DNA from: the human T2T-CHM13v2.0 reference genome, Homo sapiens
Assembly: GCF_009914755.1 (NCBI RefSeq)
Contig: NC_060926.1
DNA: 64,000 bases
Strand: one strand, 5' to 3'
Shown here: positions 43,390 through 62,560 of the stretch, in pieces
Position numbering within the stretch: position 1 is the stretch's first letter
Layout: the number at the start of each line of letters is the position of its first letter
Notes under the pieces: generated by a model
What the model was told of the DNA's origin: nothing
The model's database searches: none
Seen by the model: the letters and a program-made list of their open reading frames with translations, nothing else
Made by a program: the position numbers and the translations under genes

Positions 43390-44310
43390 ACTTGTGCAAC
43401 TCTCAAATGAATATATACATTTGCTGGAATTTTTATGGGGAATGCAGGAAAAAAACAGATGAGTGAGAAGAATTGACACCTTTCCACTATTGATTCTTCC
43501 AATCTATAAACATGAGGTATTCTTCCATTTCTTCAGATCTTTAATGGATCTCAACAATGTTTCATAATTTTCATATATATACTTTTGCATATCTCATGTT
43601 AGATTTATTCTTAGGTATTTAATGTTTTGATACTATTATAAAGTTTTCCACTTCATTAGTCCTGCACATCTCATGTTAGATTTATTCTTAGGTATCTAAT
43701 GTGTTGATACCCTTATAATGTTTTCCACTTCACTAGTCATGTAAGAAATGCATATTAAAAAAAAAAAGAAATGCATATTTTAAAAAGACAATGAAATGCT
43801 ACTATATACCCATCTAAATGGTTAAAATGGGAGAAAAGAAAATCAGTATCAGGTATTTGTGACATAGAGGAGTGACATAACTCTTACACATTGCTGACAG
43901 AAATATACACAGTACAACCATTTTGAAAAACTGGCAGAATCTTCTAAAGTTGAACTCAGGTACATCCTATGACTCAGCAATTCCACTCCTAGGTAGATAT
44001 TCAAGTGAAGGACAGAAATATGTACACCAGAAGACAGATAAGTACAAATGTATTCATAGCAGTAGTATTAATTACAGGAGAAACTAAGAAACAATTCAAA
44101 TGTCCATCAACAGAGAATGTATAAATAATGAGTTACGTTCACAAAATGGAATACTTCGCAACATTGAGAATGAACAAACTAATGTTATACCAACAATACA
44201 GAGGAATCTCACAAACATAACGTCGAGAGAAAGAAGCTACATACAAATGTATATACTATATAATTCCATTTATATAAAGTAAAAAAAAAAGGCAAAGTTA
44301 ATCTATAGTG
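43390..44310. mobile_element. Old L1M: inverted ORF2 piece (minus, ~43390-43640) joined to a plus-strand 3' piece (~43725-44310)
   Basis: Minus: ttagatttattcttaggtattt; plus: cctatgactcagcaattccactcctagg, caaatgtccatcaacagagaatg. Confidence 0.7.
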
Positions 44311-44399
44311 TTTTAGTGTTTTGAAGGGGGGTAACTTATAGCACAAACAATCCATATATATATACACTCAGTTCTCACTGCTGTGAGCTTTTTATACAC

Positions 44400-44748
44400 A
44401 TGGATAGCATCCTACTTTAGCAACCAGACTTCTGTCTGAGGACTTCCACTGCCAAATGGCATCCTTAGTTATGCTGGAAGTGTAAGGGAGTTAACACTCG
44501 TCAGACCGGCTCTCAAACAATGATAGCCACGAGAGGGTAGATGAGTAGTTCTCCAACTCCCAGATGACCCCAGCAATACTGAGCCCTAGTCCACAGTGGA
44601 AAACCCGCTTATGTAATACAACCAGTATTGGCTCCCTTTTCTTTCCTTTATCAGTTTCCCATTCTCCTACTGATGTGAGGCTAGAATTACCTTCCAAACA
44701 AACAACTTACACTCTAATCTTAGCCTCAGGGAAGCCCATATTGACAGA
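44400..44748 (+). mobile_element. ERVL LTR, LTR16-like
   Basis: attggctccctttt, gattaccttccaaacaaacaacttacactctaatcttagcctcagg. Confidence 0.55.
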
Positions 44749-45029
44749 AGAATAATGCACTATTTCTTCATTTAATTGCTGGCTACATGGGTATGGTATG
44801 ATCATTTTATAAAAATGTATGAAGCAGTAAACATCTTTTTTATAAAAAAGAGTTGATGGTATACTGTGGAGTTAGAACCAGAACCCAAGTCATCTGATTC
44901 CCGAGTCAAGATAATTTCCTAATATGACTTCCTTACAGGAATGTAGAAGACATGAAAAGACATGGATCAAGGGGGAACTTCCAAAGGGATGTTCACATTC
45001 AGAAAAGATTAAGCAAAAGGAAATGAATT

Positions 45030-49540
<4,511 letters not shown>

Positions 49541-49616
49541 TTGTCAGAAAAAGAGAAATACTTTTAAAAATATTTAAAATTAATTGACCCAAGTATCAAT
49601 TAATTTTATTACTCAC

Positions 49617-49739
49617 TTCCGGCCAGTGTGCCTCGTCAATCTAACCATCAGCTTGCGTGCCTCTTCTGAGCTAGATTGAGTGTTTTTAACAAATGAAATT
49701 GGTTTCTCGAGTCCATGTTTTTCCAAAAGCTCTGACACA
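49617..49739 (-). CDS. NBAS: NBAS internal exon (~exon 28), 123 nt, (S)VSELLEKHGLEKPISFVKNTQSSSEEARKLMVRLTRHTGR(K)
   Basis: TAG acceptor, GAA|GTGAGT donor; phase 2->2; overlaps ORF 49613..49807. Confidence 0.96.
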
Positions 49740-51429
49740 CTATAAGTGAAAAAAGAATTATTTAATGTCTTGCTACCAAACAAAAAGAGTCTAAGAATCT
49801 TAGGCATAGAGGTAGCCCTTCAGTGTTTAGTATTAAAAAAAAATTATCCCATAGTGTAATCCAATTTTACATATAACGTTGATTCTCAGCAAAAAAGAAA
49901 AAAAATCAAATAATTAAACAAATCTTACCTTTCTCATTGACTTTTATTAGAATGTAGTTGGGCTAAGTAGCATACTAAAAGAAAGCATGACCTATCTTTA
50001 TCTCAAAAATCTTTTTGCTACAGCACCTGTCAGTAAAATAAGCCAAATCTATACTTTCAGTACAGTTTTAACTCTTATTAATCCTATTGAGTATTCTGTT
50101 ATAGGCTGTTATAGGCAAGACTACTAGAAAAGCAATAAACCAAGAATGTTAGAGTTAGACGACTGGAAATCATCAGGCTCATTCTCTGTCAAGAATCCAT
50201 TTTATAAATATACAAGATATGTCAAAAATTCTCTCTGTCTCATAAGAATCTTCTTGAGATATCCCATTCCATAATCATCAACATCATATAAATACTTGAT
50301 CTGACTCACAAAATCTCACATTTATGAACTGACTACTACAGGACTGAATAGAGTTACTGGATCGAATCCAGTAACTCTTCAGAATATAGGTTTCATCAGT
50401 AAAGTCGCCTGGTATTATGTATACTAAAACATTTATCAAGTGTCTGGGGCTATCAGGTGGAACAGGATACAAAGCTCTTAGTTTGAAAGCACAGTAAATT
50501 AAGCTAAATAGTGAAACCTAAACATCATCCAGAAACCTGTAGGGTGTTAAGTGTTTCCTTGAGGTACTGATGGCATAATAAAACTACCAGGACCACCCAT
50601 GGTTACAACCAGACATGTGATGAAATAAATTACGTTTATTTCACTGTATCTCTTTGAGCTATCTCTTCTCAATTTTACTAGAGAAATAAAGGTAACTATG
50701 CAGATTTGTAGAGAATGAATTTACATTGACTCAACCCAACAAGCCTTAGTCAAACTAAACTGTATGTGTTAGGAAGGTAGTGGGGATGGCAGGCACAAGC
50801 CAACCTATAATAGGAAAAGCTGATTTTGTAAACATTTTTCAAGAAATACAACTGTATAACTTTCAGAACACAGAATAACAGGAATCAAGCTAGGTAATAA
50901 TAAACACAGGTCTTCAGGAAACTGAAGAGTTAATTCTCTATTAAACTCACATATTACGGTGCACAAAAACATTCTGTTCCCTTAAAGGCAACTTGAAATA
51001 TTTTTACACTAAAGTCCATTAATTTGAATACGATTTCTAATCAGTGGACTCCAAATTATCATACATACTACTATTAGTAAAGTAATGTTATTAGCTATAA
51101 ATTTCTACAATTATATATTGGAAGACCAGAGTTTATTATTCTTAAAATTTTACTTTTAATACAATACTTAAAGTTAAATGTGCATATTTATATAAACATA
51201 AAAATAAATATTAGTAAAAATATCAGACTTTCTACATGGGAAATTAAGATGATTTCAATCTCCAGAAGAGATAGTTTAACATTTTATTACAACAGTAGAG
51301 AATATTCCTCCAGTGTTGCATGAGGGTTCTAATGCAGTTTGACATAATACAAATAGTCAATTCAATGTATTATGCCCTAAAAAGGGAAGTTAGTGTAATA
51401 AACATTGTCTGCTGATAAAGATGCAATAA

Positions 51430-51625
51430 TTGCTGCAGGAACTAACATTTCTTATGTGCCTACTATGTAGGAGGCACTTTAAATGCTTAATCTAATATTG
51501 ATTCCACAATTTTGTGAGTTAGATATTATACATAAGAAAACCCTAGGCCCAAAGATCACACGACTAGTAAGTGGCAAGGTCTAAATTTGAACGTAGGTTT
51601 TCAAAGACCATGTTATTATTCTATT
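51430..51625 (-). mobile_element. MIR
   Basis: gtgcctactatgtagg, ccaaagatcacacgactagtaagtggca. Confidence 0.6.
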
Positions 51626-51802
51626 ACTCCACTACAATAGGGGTGCAGTGTATTTGTTGTTGAGAAAATTCACTCCCAAGACAATCAAACAAAAATGAGG
51701 TTAAAGTAGAAACGATGACTCACAGGCAGACTTAATGTGACATTTCTTGGACAAATTCCCTTAATAAGCATGGAGAAAAAAAAAAACTGTCATTTTTCTC
51801 AC

Positions 51803-51865
51803 CTGAGAATTTGTTCCAGTTGGTCTACCATGTCATGAAGCTTTGTGGTTGCCTCTGTCTTATCA
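51803..51865 (-). CDS. NBAS: NBAS internal exon (~exon 27), 63 nt, (G)DKTEATTKLHDMVDQLEQIL(S)
   Basis: T-rich tract + TAG acceptor, CAG|GTGAGA donor; phase 2->2. Confidence 0.95.
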
Positions 51866-52733
51866 CTAATAAATTAAAAGAAGAAAAAAAAAAGCCCTTA
51901 AGTTTAGTATTAGCTTTTTAAATAAAATACAAAACTTAATGAAGTGAAAAAAAGATGTTTCTTTTATATGTAATGTATAACAATATTATCTAAATTCATT
52001 CAGCATTATTAATGATTCAAGAGAATTATATAAGAAATGCTAGAGTAGAACAATATTCTCTGTTACAGATTAGTCAGATATGAACAACTATTTTCTAGGG
52101 TACTTTTGGTTCAGTTGTGCTTAAAGGTAAAAAAAATACATAAATCGATTGTTTATTTAAGATGAGGTAAAAGGTAAAATCACTCTTTACTACTGTTCTT
52201 TTAAACCAATAAAACAGATTAAGAAGAAGCATAGCCATGTTGGCTTTCTCCTAGGCCTATCTACACAACTTAGGACCCCTCCTCTCCAGGAAGTTTCCAT
52301 TAGGATTCCATATACTCAGAAAAGTTCTTCCACATAATCATCCCTTGTGCTTTAAGGGAAGGAAATCCCATCCACTTCAACGTTAAGGAATCAGTGAGAA
52401 GTATATCCATCACATAGATAATCCCTAGTAGGGAGTGAAGGTGAAAAGCAAATGCTTTCTGAGGAAGCCAGTAAGCAGGGACTAGGAGAAACACCGTCAT
52501 GAAAAAGATCACAAACTAATAAAAATGTGCCTGGTAGGGAAGATTAAGTATGGCACAACATATGTGCAAGTGAATACAGGGATATGGTGAAAAAGATTAT
52601 AACTGCTATAAAAGTCCTCTTTCATCCTAGACAACTCTGTGTCCCAAACACTCTCAACTGAGAAACACTGCTGCTGCCACTCTCAGGTGCCTTCTATGCA
52701 ATGCTCCACCTAAACTCCAGCAAGATCTTATGG

Positions 52734-53190
52734 TTTTATTTATTTTTTATTTTTTTTTCAGTACAATTTCCATTGTATTTTTCTCCAGAGAATAATCTGT
52801 CTGCATTATTTAAGGACTTAGCTCCTTACATGGGCTTTGGTGGGGGTTGTGGGGCAGCACCCGCAGGTCAAAATTGGCGTGGGGGTGTTCGGTCCTTGCA
52901 GGCTTCACGATATCAATTCCTGACTATTTTGCTGTGAATTGCACAACCCACACAGTAACGTAGCTTCACATACAGCTTGGGAAGCACATAGGCATCGAAG
53001 ACGCTCGCTTCAGAAATGTTCCTGACTGCTGTGGCCTCCACTATGTTTCAAATGACGAATTTCTTAATGCCCTTGTACTCGGGCACACATTGGGCACAGT
53101 TCATGCAGTGAACAGGCTGCATGTGGCTGCGGACCTTTTTGGCATGACCGTTGTTCCTTCTTTTCTTTGTCATCTTGGAGGTCCGCACCA
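52734..53190 (-). pseudogene. RPS26P: Processed pseudogene of 40S ribosomal protein S26 (former CDS 53173..52826, 348 nt; possibly RPS26P18, number from memory and unverified)
   Basis: Intronless; translates [46 protein letters not shown]...PPPKPM*; three premature TGA (codons 42, 87, 102); 3'UTR remnant then A-rich tail at 52734-52758. Confidence 0.95.
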
Positions 53191-53481
53191 CAGAAAACAA
53201 TGACTTTATTAACAATAAGCCCAAACAAAAAATCTTTGCCTGGACTTGGAAAATTAAAAATGTCCTGCTTTGGACAAAAAACCCTCATTATTTTTAAAAC
53301 TATCTATCTGCCTGGTCTAAATGTATTTAACAATTAATCAGTGCAACTTACAAAGATTACACTATCTGTTTAAACTAAGTTTCAGGCTTTGGACAGGAGT
53401 GATGAGTGGGATATAGTCTACTTAAAGTCCTTCAGAAGATTATTCATCAGAGCTAACTTCCCTTAACATACTCAGTCAGCC

Positions 53482-53816
53482 GTGTGTGTGTGTGTGTGTT
53501 TGTGTATGTTTTTTTGTTTGTTTGTTTTGTTTTGTTTTGTTTTGTTTGAGACAGGGTTTTGCTCTGTCACCTAGGCTGGAATGCAGTGGCAGGATCATGG
53601 CTCACTGCAACCTCTGTGTCCTGGGCTCAAGCGATCCTCCTGGCTCAGCCTTCCAAGTAGCTAGAACTAAAGCTGTACGCTACCAAACCCAGCTAATTTT
53701 TAAATTTTTTTGTAGAGATGGGGTCTTCCTATGTTCCCCAGACTGGTCTCAACTGATTCTCCCGCCTTGGCCTTCCAAAGTGCTGGGATTACAGGCATGA
53801 GTAACTGCACCTGGCC
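53482..53816 (-). mobile_element. AluJ with (TG)n/(GTTTT)n tail
   Basis: Reverse Alu preceded by simple repeats. Confidence 0.88.
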
Positions 53817-55049
53817 TTATTCAGCAATATTTTTGAAATTATCATTTTACAGCTCTATTATAATCATTTATCATAGATATTAGAGATACAATATTCTTCC
53901 TTTGTGAGCTGACATTCACGAACACAATGAGTAAAGTTTTTTTAGCCAGATTAAATAATCTGCCTAGGTAAGATGCACAAAAATTTAATTAGATTAAATG
54001 AGTGCTCATTTCTCAAATAGCAAATGGATGTATTCATAGTTTACCACTTGATAAATAACAACTACCACTAAAAATAAACAAATAATCACTGAGAGAATAT
54101 AAATTGACAAACTTGGCATGAAGAACAAAGAGAACCACAGAAAATATTTTGAGCCCTATATTTTAATACAAGGCTAATTTGTAATTATAATTTACTTAGA
54201 AAATTAGAAACATGAAATGCAATCATTAAGAAATAAATGGAGTAACAAGAAAATATCAAGTCATTTTTTGTGTTTACATTAAAAAATGTTACATCAGAAA
54301 TCATTAATCTGAAGCCAAGAAAAGCTTTTGGCTATGTATACGTGAGAGGCATTTCTTAGCCTATACATTCTTCAAAAACAAATATGGTAATCCCCTAACT
54401 GTAACATCTACATAAAAAAAGTTTTTAATATCATCAGCCTATTGATACTATGACAATCTCCTCAAAGTAGACAAATTACTATTTAAAAATTAATAGATAA
54501 GCTCTGATTGATATTTATGCTATTTGACCTTAGTGGAAAACAAAGCCTAATATATTTACTTTTAAGAGTTATGCACACGAGTTGGAAGTCAGTGATTTTG
54601 CCTGGTCGACTTAGGAACAAGAAATGAGATATGAAGCTGACAGAGGAATCATAAGGTTCCCACAGAGCCCAGCAAGGAAGAAACTCCCTGCCACTCCAGC
54701 TCTCGGAGGAACCAGGGGCTTCTGCATCTCTTGTCACCCTCCAGGGAAAAGCAATTTGACTACTGCCACACTGATAGCCTTTGGGTTGAGGTTTTTAAAT
54801 GATGGGAACAACACTTTGCTACAAAAATCTATTAAGACTATCTAGTTTACCTGCCTTTGGCTGCCTATGGAAGGCCTACAGTTCTCAGAGACACACTTGC
54901 TACACTCTGCTGCTCTCTACTAGGGATGTGAGGTAGCCTGTGTTCAGGTACAGGTCTGAATAATAAACAGATGCTGAGTCCACTCTGATTTACCTTTCCC
55001 TACATGAAGAAGGAAGGAAGAAAAAAGAGGAGTACAAATAAACTTATCA

Positions 55050-56110
55050 AGGAAAAAATATAAGAACATACCCCAAAGGTCTGAAGGTTATGAATTTCCA
55101 GAATGGATTAGACCATTCAGTGAACACCACAATGAATTTACATATGAAACAGAAACACAAAAAATGAAGATATTGAAATCTTCTTTAAAAAAATCCATAT
55201 TTAAATAGGGATTATTCAGAATGCCATTGAACTTCTCAACAATACTAGAAAGAAAAGACAAGAGTAATACCTTCAAAATTCACAAGATAACGATTCTAAG
55301 TCTATGATTCCATGTACAATTAAACCTTCTACCAAGTAAAAGTGTGCAATTGTGGCATTTTCCTAATATGTGACAGTCTTTTAAAAAATACCTCCCAGGC
55401 AATCTTTGACAGCAAGCTATTTGACAGTATGCTCCACCAAAATGAGGAAAAAGTGAAGAAAGAAGAAAGGAAAACCAAGAAATGCAATATGCAACACGAG
55501 AGAGAGGCAAACGAAGTCCCGGGATAATAGATGGACAGCAGACACAGAGAACAATTCATTCATACCAATTCCAAGAAGGATGTTTCAAAAGGAAGAGAGC
55601 GAGAAAAGAAGAGACAGAGAAAAAAAAAAACATGAAAGGAATAGAGAGATCATTAAATAGTTTTCACGACTGCAAGTAGTTCATGAGGGTGATGGAAAAA
55701 AAGAAAACAACAGAAAAGGAAATTATTCAATCCAGGAAAAACAGAGAGTTGTATTAAAAGGAAAATAAATCACACCTAGTTCCGCAGTATAAACAATATT
55801 TACGTAATCATAATGATGAAAACACTGGAGAATGGCAGGAGAAGTGGATATGGGAGAAGGGAAAGGACTTCCATAAAAGGAAGTCAAAAATGATCTAAAA
55901 TTGCAAAATCAAAAAATAACAACACGAGCATAGCATTTTAAAGGAGGTAGGCAAAGACAAGGAAAAACCTACCAGTGAAAGTATTTGCTTTTTGAAGATA
56001 GGAATCCAAGGATGGGAAAAGTGGGCAGCAAACAGCTGCTTATCAGCTGATATTACTAATACCAGTCTTAGAATTCCCTGACTTTATGTTCATACATTAT
56101 TTATATTTAA
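55050..56110 (+). mobile_element. Old L1M 5'/ORF1-region fragments
   Basis: atcagaatgccattgaacttctcaacaatactagaa-like ORF1 motif, A-rich plus strand. Confidence 0.5.
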
Positions 56111-57548
56111 AAATCAGAGGAAGATCATGTCCCTTTAGGCTCCTTTATTTTAGAAAAGTGCCTCCCCACGGCCCCACATTTTGTCTTCCTAAATGACACT
56201 AACTGTTTAAAGTAAAAAGACCAGTTAATGCATAGAATATCCCACATTCAGTAGTTGTCTTACTGCTTTCTTCATGGTGTTATTTACCTTGTCTCTCTAT
56301 TTCCCGTATTAACTGCAAATTAGAAGTTCAACCTAAAAGACTGATTAGACTCAGGGTAAACAACTTTAGCAAAAATATTTCTTAAGGGATGCTGTAAGAC
56401 CAGGTACTTCTTATTGGATCACATCAGGAGGCACGTAAGGTCAGGCTGTCTGACTGTAAGTTATGCCACCTTTCACGACTTGGTTAAGATCATGGCAGTT
56501 AGAGCTCAACTTTGAAACTTAAAAAAAAAAAGTCACTAGGGTAATACTTTGGTATCATGCAAATAACCTTTTATCATCAATCTTTCACCTGATTTCAGTA
56601 CCACTAATGACTGCATGAATAACTCTTTCATGGTAGATTGCAAAATTGGTGACTGCTATCATTTGCTTCATAAGAAATAAAAATTTCCTTTAGTCAGATA
56701 TGAGCCCCCCCTCCCAAAATAAAAAGAAGAAATAAAAATGTCCTTAAAAGAAAAAGGAAAAGAGAGAAAAGAGGGAGAAGATAAAAAGAGAGCAAAGAGA
56801 AAGAGAAAACAGAGAATGAGGCTTTCTTGTCTAAATATCTGATTTTGTAAATCAGGAAACTAATGACCAAAGAAGTAAAGTGACTTGGTTAAAAGTCATA
56901 AAAGTTTAAAACAGGTCTGCTGGTATTCACCACTCTTTCATGTGTTGTTATTTATGTCTCCAGATGTGAAATTTATCATATGTGCTAAATTTAATAGAGG
57001 GATTAGATTGCTACCTGACTTCCAAAGAAAACATACAAATTTGACTTGCATACAACTAAATAATCCAAAAGCATATTATATACGTTTCCATTTAAACATA
57101 AAAGCAGTTAAAAATTAGGTACATTCACTACTTAAAAGAAGTACTATAGGCAAAGGCCAAGAAGAAATAATTCATAGAATAAATATAATTAGCCAATAAA
57201 TATGAAAAATGCTTCATTAAAAACACAATTACTACCTACTGACTTATAAAAAGTAGTTTTTGTGGAGATCGTGGTGGTATTTTTGTTTTTCAATAGGAAA
57301 TTATCATGTTTGACAAAATTCAGAATTTAATTATAATTACAGTTGAACAAAATATAGAACTTCCCATATATTGGTAGGACAAGAAATGTTTATCCTAGGC
57401 AATAGGATTGCAGATGATTTTATTTTCTTCCTTATGTTTTTTTCACATTCCCAAAATTCTCTAAGGTAAGCATTTGGGGAAGCAACGTTTTTGTTTTAAC
57501 TGTTAGAATAAAAAAACACAATAAGACTGGCATACTGTGTATTCTTAC

Positions 57549-57682
57549 CCATATCCTCTTTCTGGCAGACATTCTAGTAGGTCATAGCAAAGACAGAGTT
57601 GATCATTTCGTTCACAGGTATAGATGCACTCTAGTGCTATTGCCATCAGTTGGTCCTGATCAGGAATAATTTTTTGCTGCAG
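57549..57682 (-). CDS. NBAS: NBAS internal exon (~exon 26), 134 nt, LQQKIIPDQDQLMAIALECIYTCERNDQLCLCYDLLECLPERGY(G)
   Basis: Minus-strand acceptor ...ttttctgTAG and donor GG|GTAAGA; phase 0->2; peptide recognised as NBAS; joins in frame with the next exon. Confidence 0.96.
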
Positions 57683-58741
57683 CTACAGAAAATAAAGTAT
57701 GTTGTACTAAATGTCAACAGATTTATAGTCAATTTTTCCATATCCCAATACTACTGTCAACAGAATATTAAATAGCACAATTAATCAACTATAGAAACAA
57801 GTCTTGATTTTTCTTTATAGATTTCTGGGGTCTTTAATAATTCTAACTGAAATCACATTTTAATTACAGATCAACTATAAAAGATAATTTGTAACCCCAT
57901 AAGCTATGTATCAGCTGAAAACAGATTCTTCAATTTATGACCCAGTCAATATAGAAAAAAGAAACACTGTGAATTAAAAAGGCAATTCATTAAGAACATT
58001 TCTAACCCTGAAGCCAAATTCTATGTGTTTCAGTTACAAAGTTATATAAAATTCCTTAACTAATATTCAAAGATGTTACAACCTATTACTTTTCAGTAGG
58101 CATTATATATTACTCATTTAACTACAGAGTGCTGACATTCTATTCAAAAGAAATCCAACTGTAATAGATCAATACACAAATCACAGAACACATTCCATAT
58201 TTCTGATGAAGAAAGATGGCTACTTAGGGTGACTTTCTGTATAGAACAAAGCATTTCCCATGGCAAACCACAGATTCCCATTCTTGGAGTATTTTCCAGG
58301 ATATGAAAATAACCAATTGATTTTTTTCTCATCTATAAAGCATGAATATTAACAATACCTTTCTAAGAAGACTATTTCAAGGATTAAATTAATAAATATA
58401 GAATGAAAAATAAATACAGCAAAAAATCATTTGCATGCTTATATTATTAGCACCACAGCAACCAAAATGAAAGTAATTTTCTTAGAGCTCTTTTGAACAA
58501 TAAAATAAATCTAAGATAATTTCCATGATAATAGTCTACTGGTTTTCAATGTTTTAGTAGAAACTCATCAGTAAACACAAAAGAGATAGGAAAGTGATGG
58601 AGAGAAGCTACCAAACAAGGGCATTTTCTCAGTAGAAAAATCACATCAATGGACGTAAAAAAGAAACTTTCAAGGTTACCAGGAAAACAAAGTTTTCCAA
58701 AGCTGTTGAATTAAAGGATTTATATACATTTCTTCAAGGTA

Positions 58742-59093
58742 GAGTTGGCCCTCCATACCTGTGGGCTCCACTTCCCTGGATTCAACCAGCCATGTATCCA
58801 AAATATCTGGGGGAAAAAGTGTCTGTACTGAACATGTACAGACCATTTTTTCTTGTCATTATTCCCTAAACAATATAGTATAAAAACTATTTACATAAGA
58901 TTTACATTGTATTAGGTATTATATGTAATCTACAGAAGATTTAAAGTATACAAGAGGATGTGCAAAGGTTATCACAAATACTACACCATTGTGTATCAGG
59001 GACTTGAGCATCCATGGATTTTGGTAGCCTGGAGGCAGGAGGGCTTAAGAGGGGTACTAAAGCAATCCCCCCCAGATACTGAGGGATGAACGT
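58742..59093 (+). mobile_element. MER2 (Tigger-family) DNA transposon
   Basis: gttggccctccatacctgtggg...gtctgtactgaacatgtacagac...gatactgagggatga. Confidence 0.85.
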
Positions 59094-59207
59094 ATTCATC
59101 TGAAAAATGTCATCTGACAAAGAGTTAACCAAGGTTGCAAAGTGACTAACTGGTAAAATAGGAACAAGCTGACAGTAATAAAAATAAGTACTGTTGAAAA
59201 TTAATAA

Positions 59208-59655
<448 letters not shown>

Positions 59656-59880
59656 AAGACAGGCTCTCATAATCCTGCATTCAGGAAGAATGAAAGAAAT
59701 TGAGAGAAGATATGGCAATAAAACACTCATATATGGTAAGAAAACATCCCTGGAAGATAAAAACACTGAAACCAATTTCAGTCAAGGAACAATTTGGGAA
59801 ACCATTTGAAATAAAAGCCAAAGTCCTTGATGTCTTACTTGTTCTCCCCACTTCCTATCTTTCCCTCTGTGAGACATTAA

Positions 59881-60200
<320 letters not shown>

Positions 60201-61059
60201 CTAAAGAACCACTTTTACATTCAATGTCCTTGAGTCCATATTTGACCACATATGTTCAAACCTTACGTTGAGAATCCTTTAACAGTCCTTCAATATGAAA
60301 GGTAAAGAATAAATCTTTTGCCTTCCACTTAAACACCTCTATGGCCTGCTCCCATGAACCACTTACCCTTCTACATAAAGTTTTATTTCACTCAAATTAA
60401 ATTACTTGCATTTACCTAAACATGATATTAACCAGATTATGTCTCCTTGTTTTAGTCTACTCCTACCTGGAATGTCTTCTCAAGAAGACATGTCTTGCCA
60501 TGTCTAAAACCTACCCAATAATCCAGTGTTATCTCCGTTTGACTTTGACTTAAATTCAGCTTTCCCAGATGTCTACAGTCCTGGAGTATGCTCAACAGTT
60601 GCTAGTCCAGTGAATAAGTCCTTATACTACTCTCATACATAAGATACCCTTCTCTCTCTGTATTCCTATGGCACATTTCTTTTCTCTTCTTATGCCATTC
60701 TGCATATCTTTTAAAATATAATCTATCATGTACATGAAACATACTGTTCAAATTTATAAGACATTTTTCAATCTTTCCCTGTTAGAATCCCTATAAGATG
60801 CCTAACTTCATATAGTCTAAGACACACTTTTTTTTCATTATTCCTTCCCTATTATCTCAGTTGTCACTTTTATACTGTCATTTGCCCTTTCTCAAGCTAA
60901 AAGAGGACAGCCCATCTGGGACTTCCTAAGAAGTCAATGAAATGAGTCTTCCACACCATAGGCCGCAGATCATCACCCATACTGCATAGCAAGGTAAAAT
61001 GCAAAAGAATAATAATTTCTAAAAACTCTTAAAATTATGCACTATATACAACTAGAAAA

Positions 61060-62560
61060 GAACACAGATGATAAGATAGGATACCTGGAATATCCCAAAG
61101 AATCAAGCAATCAAATCAGTGAAGTAGCAGAATACAAAACTAACATATAAATAGCTTTTATATACACAAACATTAAATAGTTAGAGGAAATGAAGGTAGA
61201 TAGTATAAACAGAGAAAACTTAAAACTTAGGAATAAATTTAACAAAAAATGTGCAAAACATCTAAGAGGAATATTTTCAAGCAATTCTAAAAGAGATTTA
61301 AGAATACATAAACTAATAGAACAACATCCGCTATTATTGGATAAGATGACTGAACATTATACAAATATTGGTCTCCCTAAGTTAATGTACAAATTCAATG
61401 CAATCACAATAAAATACCAATAAGCAATTTTATGAAAGTAGACAAACTGTTACTAAAGTTCAGATAGAAAAACAAATATACAATAACATGTAAAAAAAAA
61501 AAAAAAAAACAAAAAAACATGAGGAAAAAAACCCACAGAGGAATACTACCTCCTCAGACATTAAAACACACTAAAATCTCTATAATTAAAATCATGAAGT
61601 ACTAGTGCATGGACAGACAGACCAGCAGAATATAGAAACTCTAGAATTAAACCCATGTACAGATGGAAATTTAGGTATATGACAAAGGTGGCATTTCAAA
61701 TCACTAGGGTAATGGTAAACTTTTTAATAAATGATGCTGGAACAACTGCGTGGTCATTTGGGAAAATAAAATCAGATCCATGTCTCACAATACAAAAGAA
61801 TAAACTCCAAATAAATTGGGAAGAGAAAAATAAAACCATGCAAGTACTAGAAGAAAACGTGAGAGAATTCTTCCTTAACTCTGAGTATGAAAAGGCTTTC
61901 CAACTATTACTCAAAATACAGAGGCAGTAAAAGATCGAACAATTTGACTACACAAAAATTAAAAAGTGAAAACATTGTATGACACAATAAACAAAGTCAA
62001 AAGACAACTGACCAACTGGGAGAAATATTAATATATGCCACAGAGAAAGGGTTAGTTACACGAATATGTAAGAATTCCTAAAAATTAAGGTACAAAGGAA
62101 CAAAAACCCTATCGAAGAATGGAGTAAGGACAGGAATAAATTCACAAGAGAGGTAATGCCTATCTAACATATCGGAAAATGTTAAAACTCTTAATTAGAA
62201 AAGCACAAATTGAAACAACACTGAAATACCATTTCTCACCTATCACATTGGCACAAATTTTAAAATATGACAACAAATTCTGTTGGCAAAATTGTGGAGA
62301 AACGGGCATACTCCTACTTGGCTGGTGGGAATGTAAATTAGAACAGTCCTACTAAAGAAAAATTTGGCTACATCAAGACAACTCTTGCCTTTTTAAACCC
62401 AGCAGTCTCCTTCCAGGAATATATGCTGAAAATACACCAATAATATAAAAATACATGTGGACAAGGTTATTCATTGAAGCACTGCTTGTAATTGCAAAAA
62501 TATTGGGAATGGCATGTATCCCAACACATGGAAAGCTAGTGAGACTAAGTAAGTTTTTAA
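61060..62560 (+). mobile_element. Old L1M (L1MC/ME-like) ORF2 3' portion
   Basis: ORFs 61190/61655 are decayed ORF2 (LPKLMYKFNAITIK); aaataccatttctcacctatc, ctggtgggaatgtaaatt. Confidence 0.8.

Noticed and set aside
53064-53288. 74-aa ORF over the RPS26 copy
   Set aside because: Off-frame reading of the pseudogene; the true RPS26 frame has three stops
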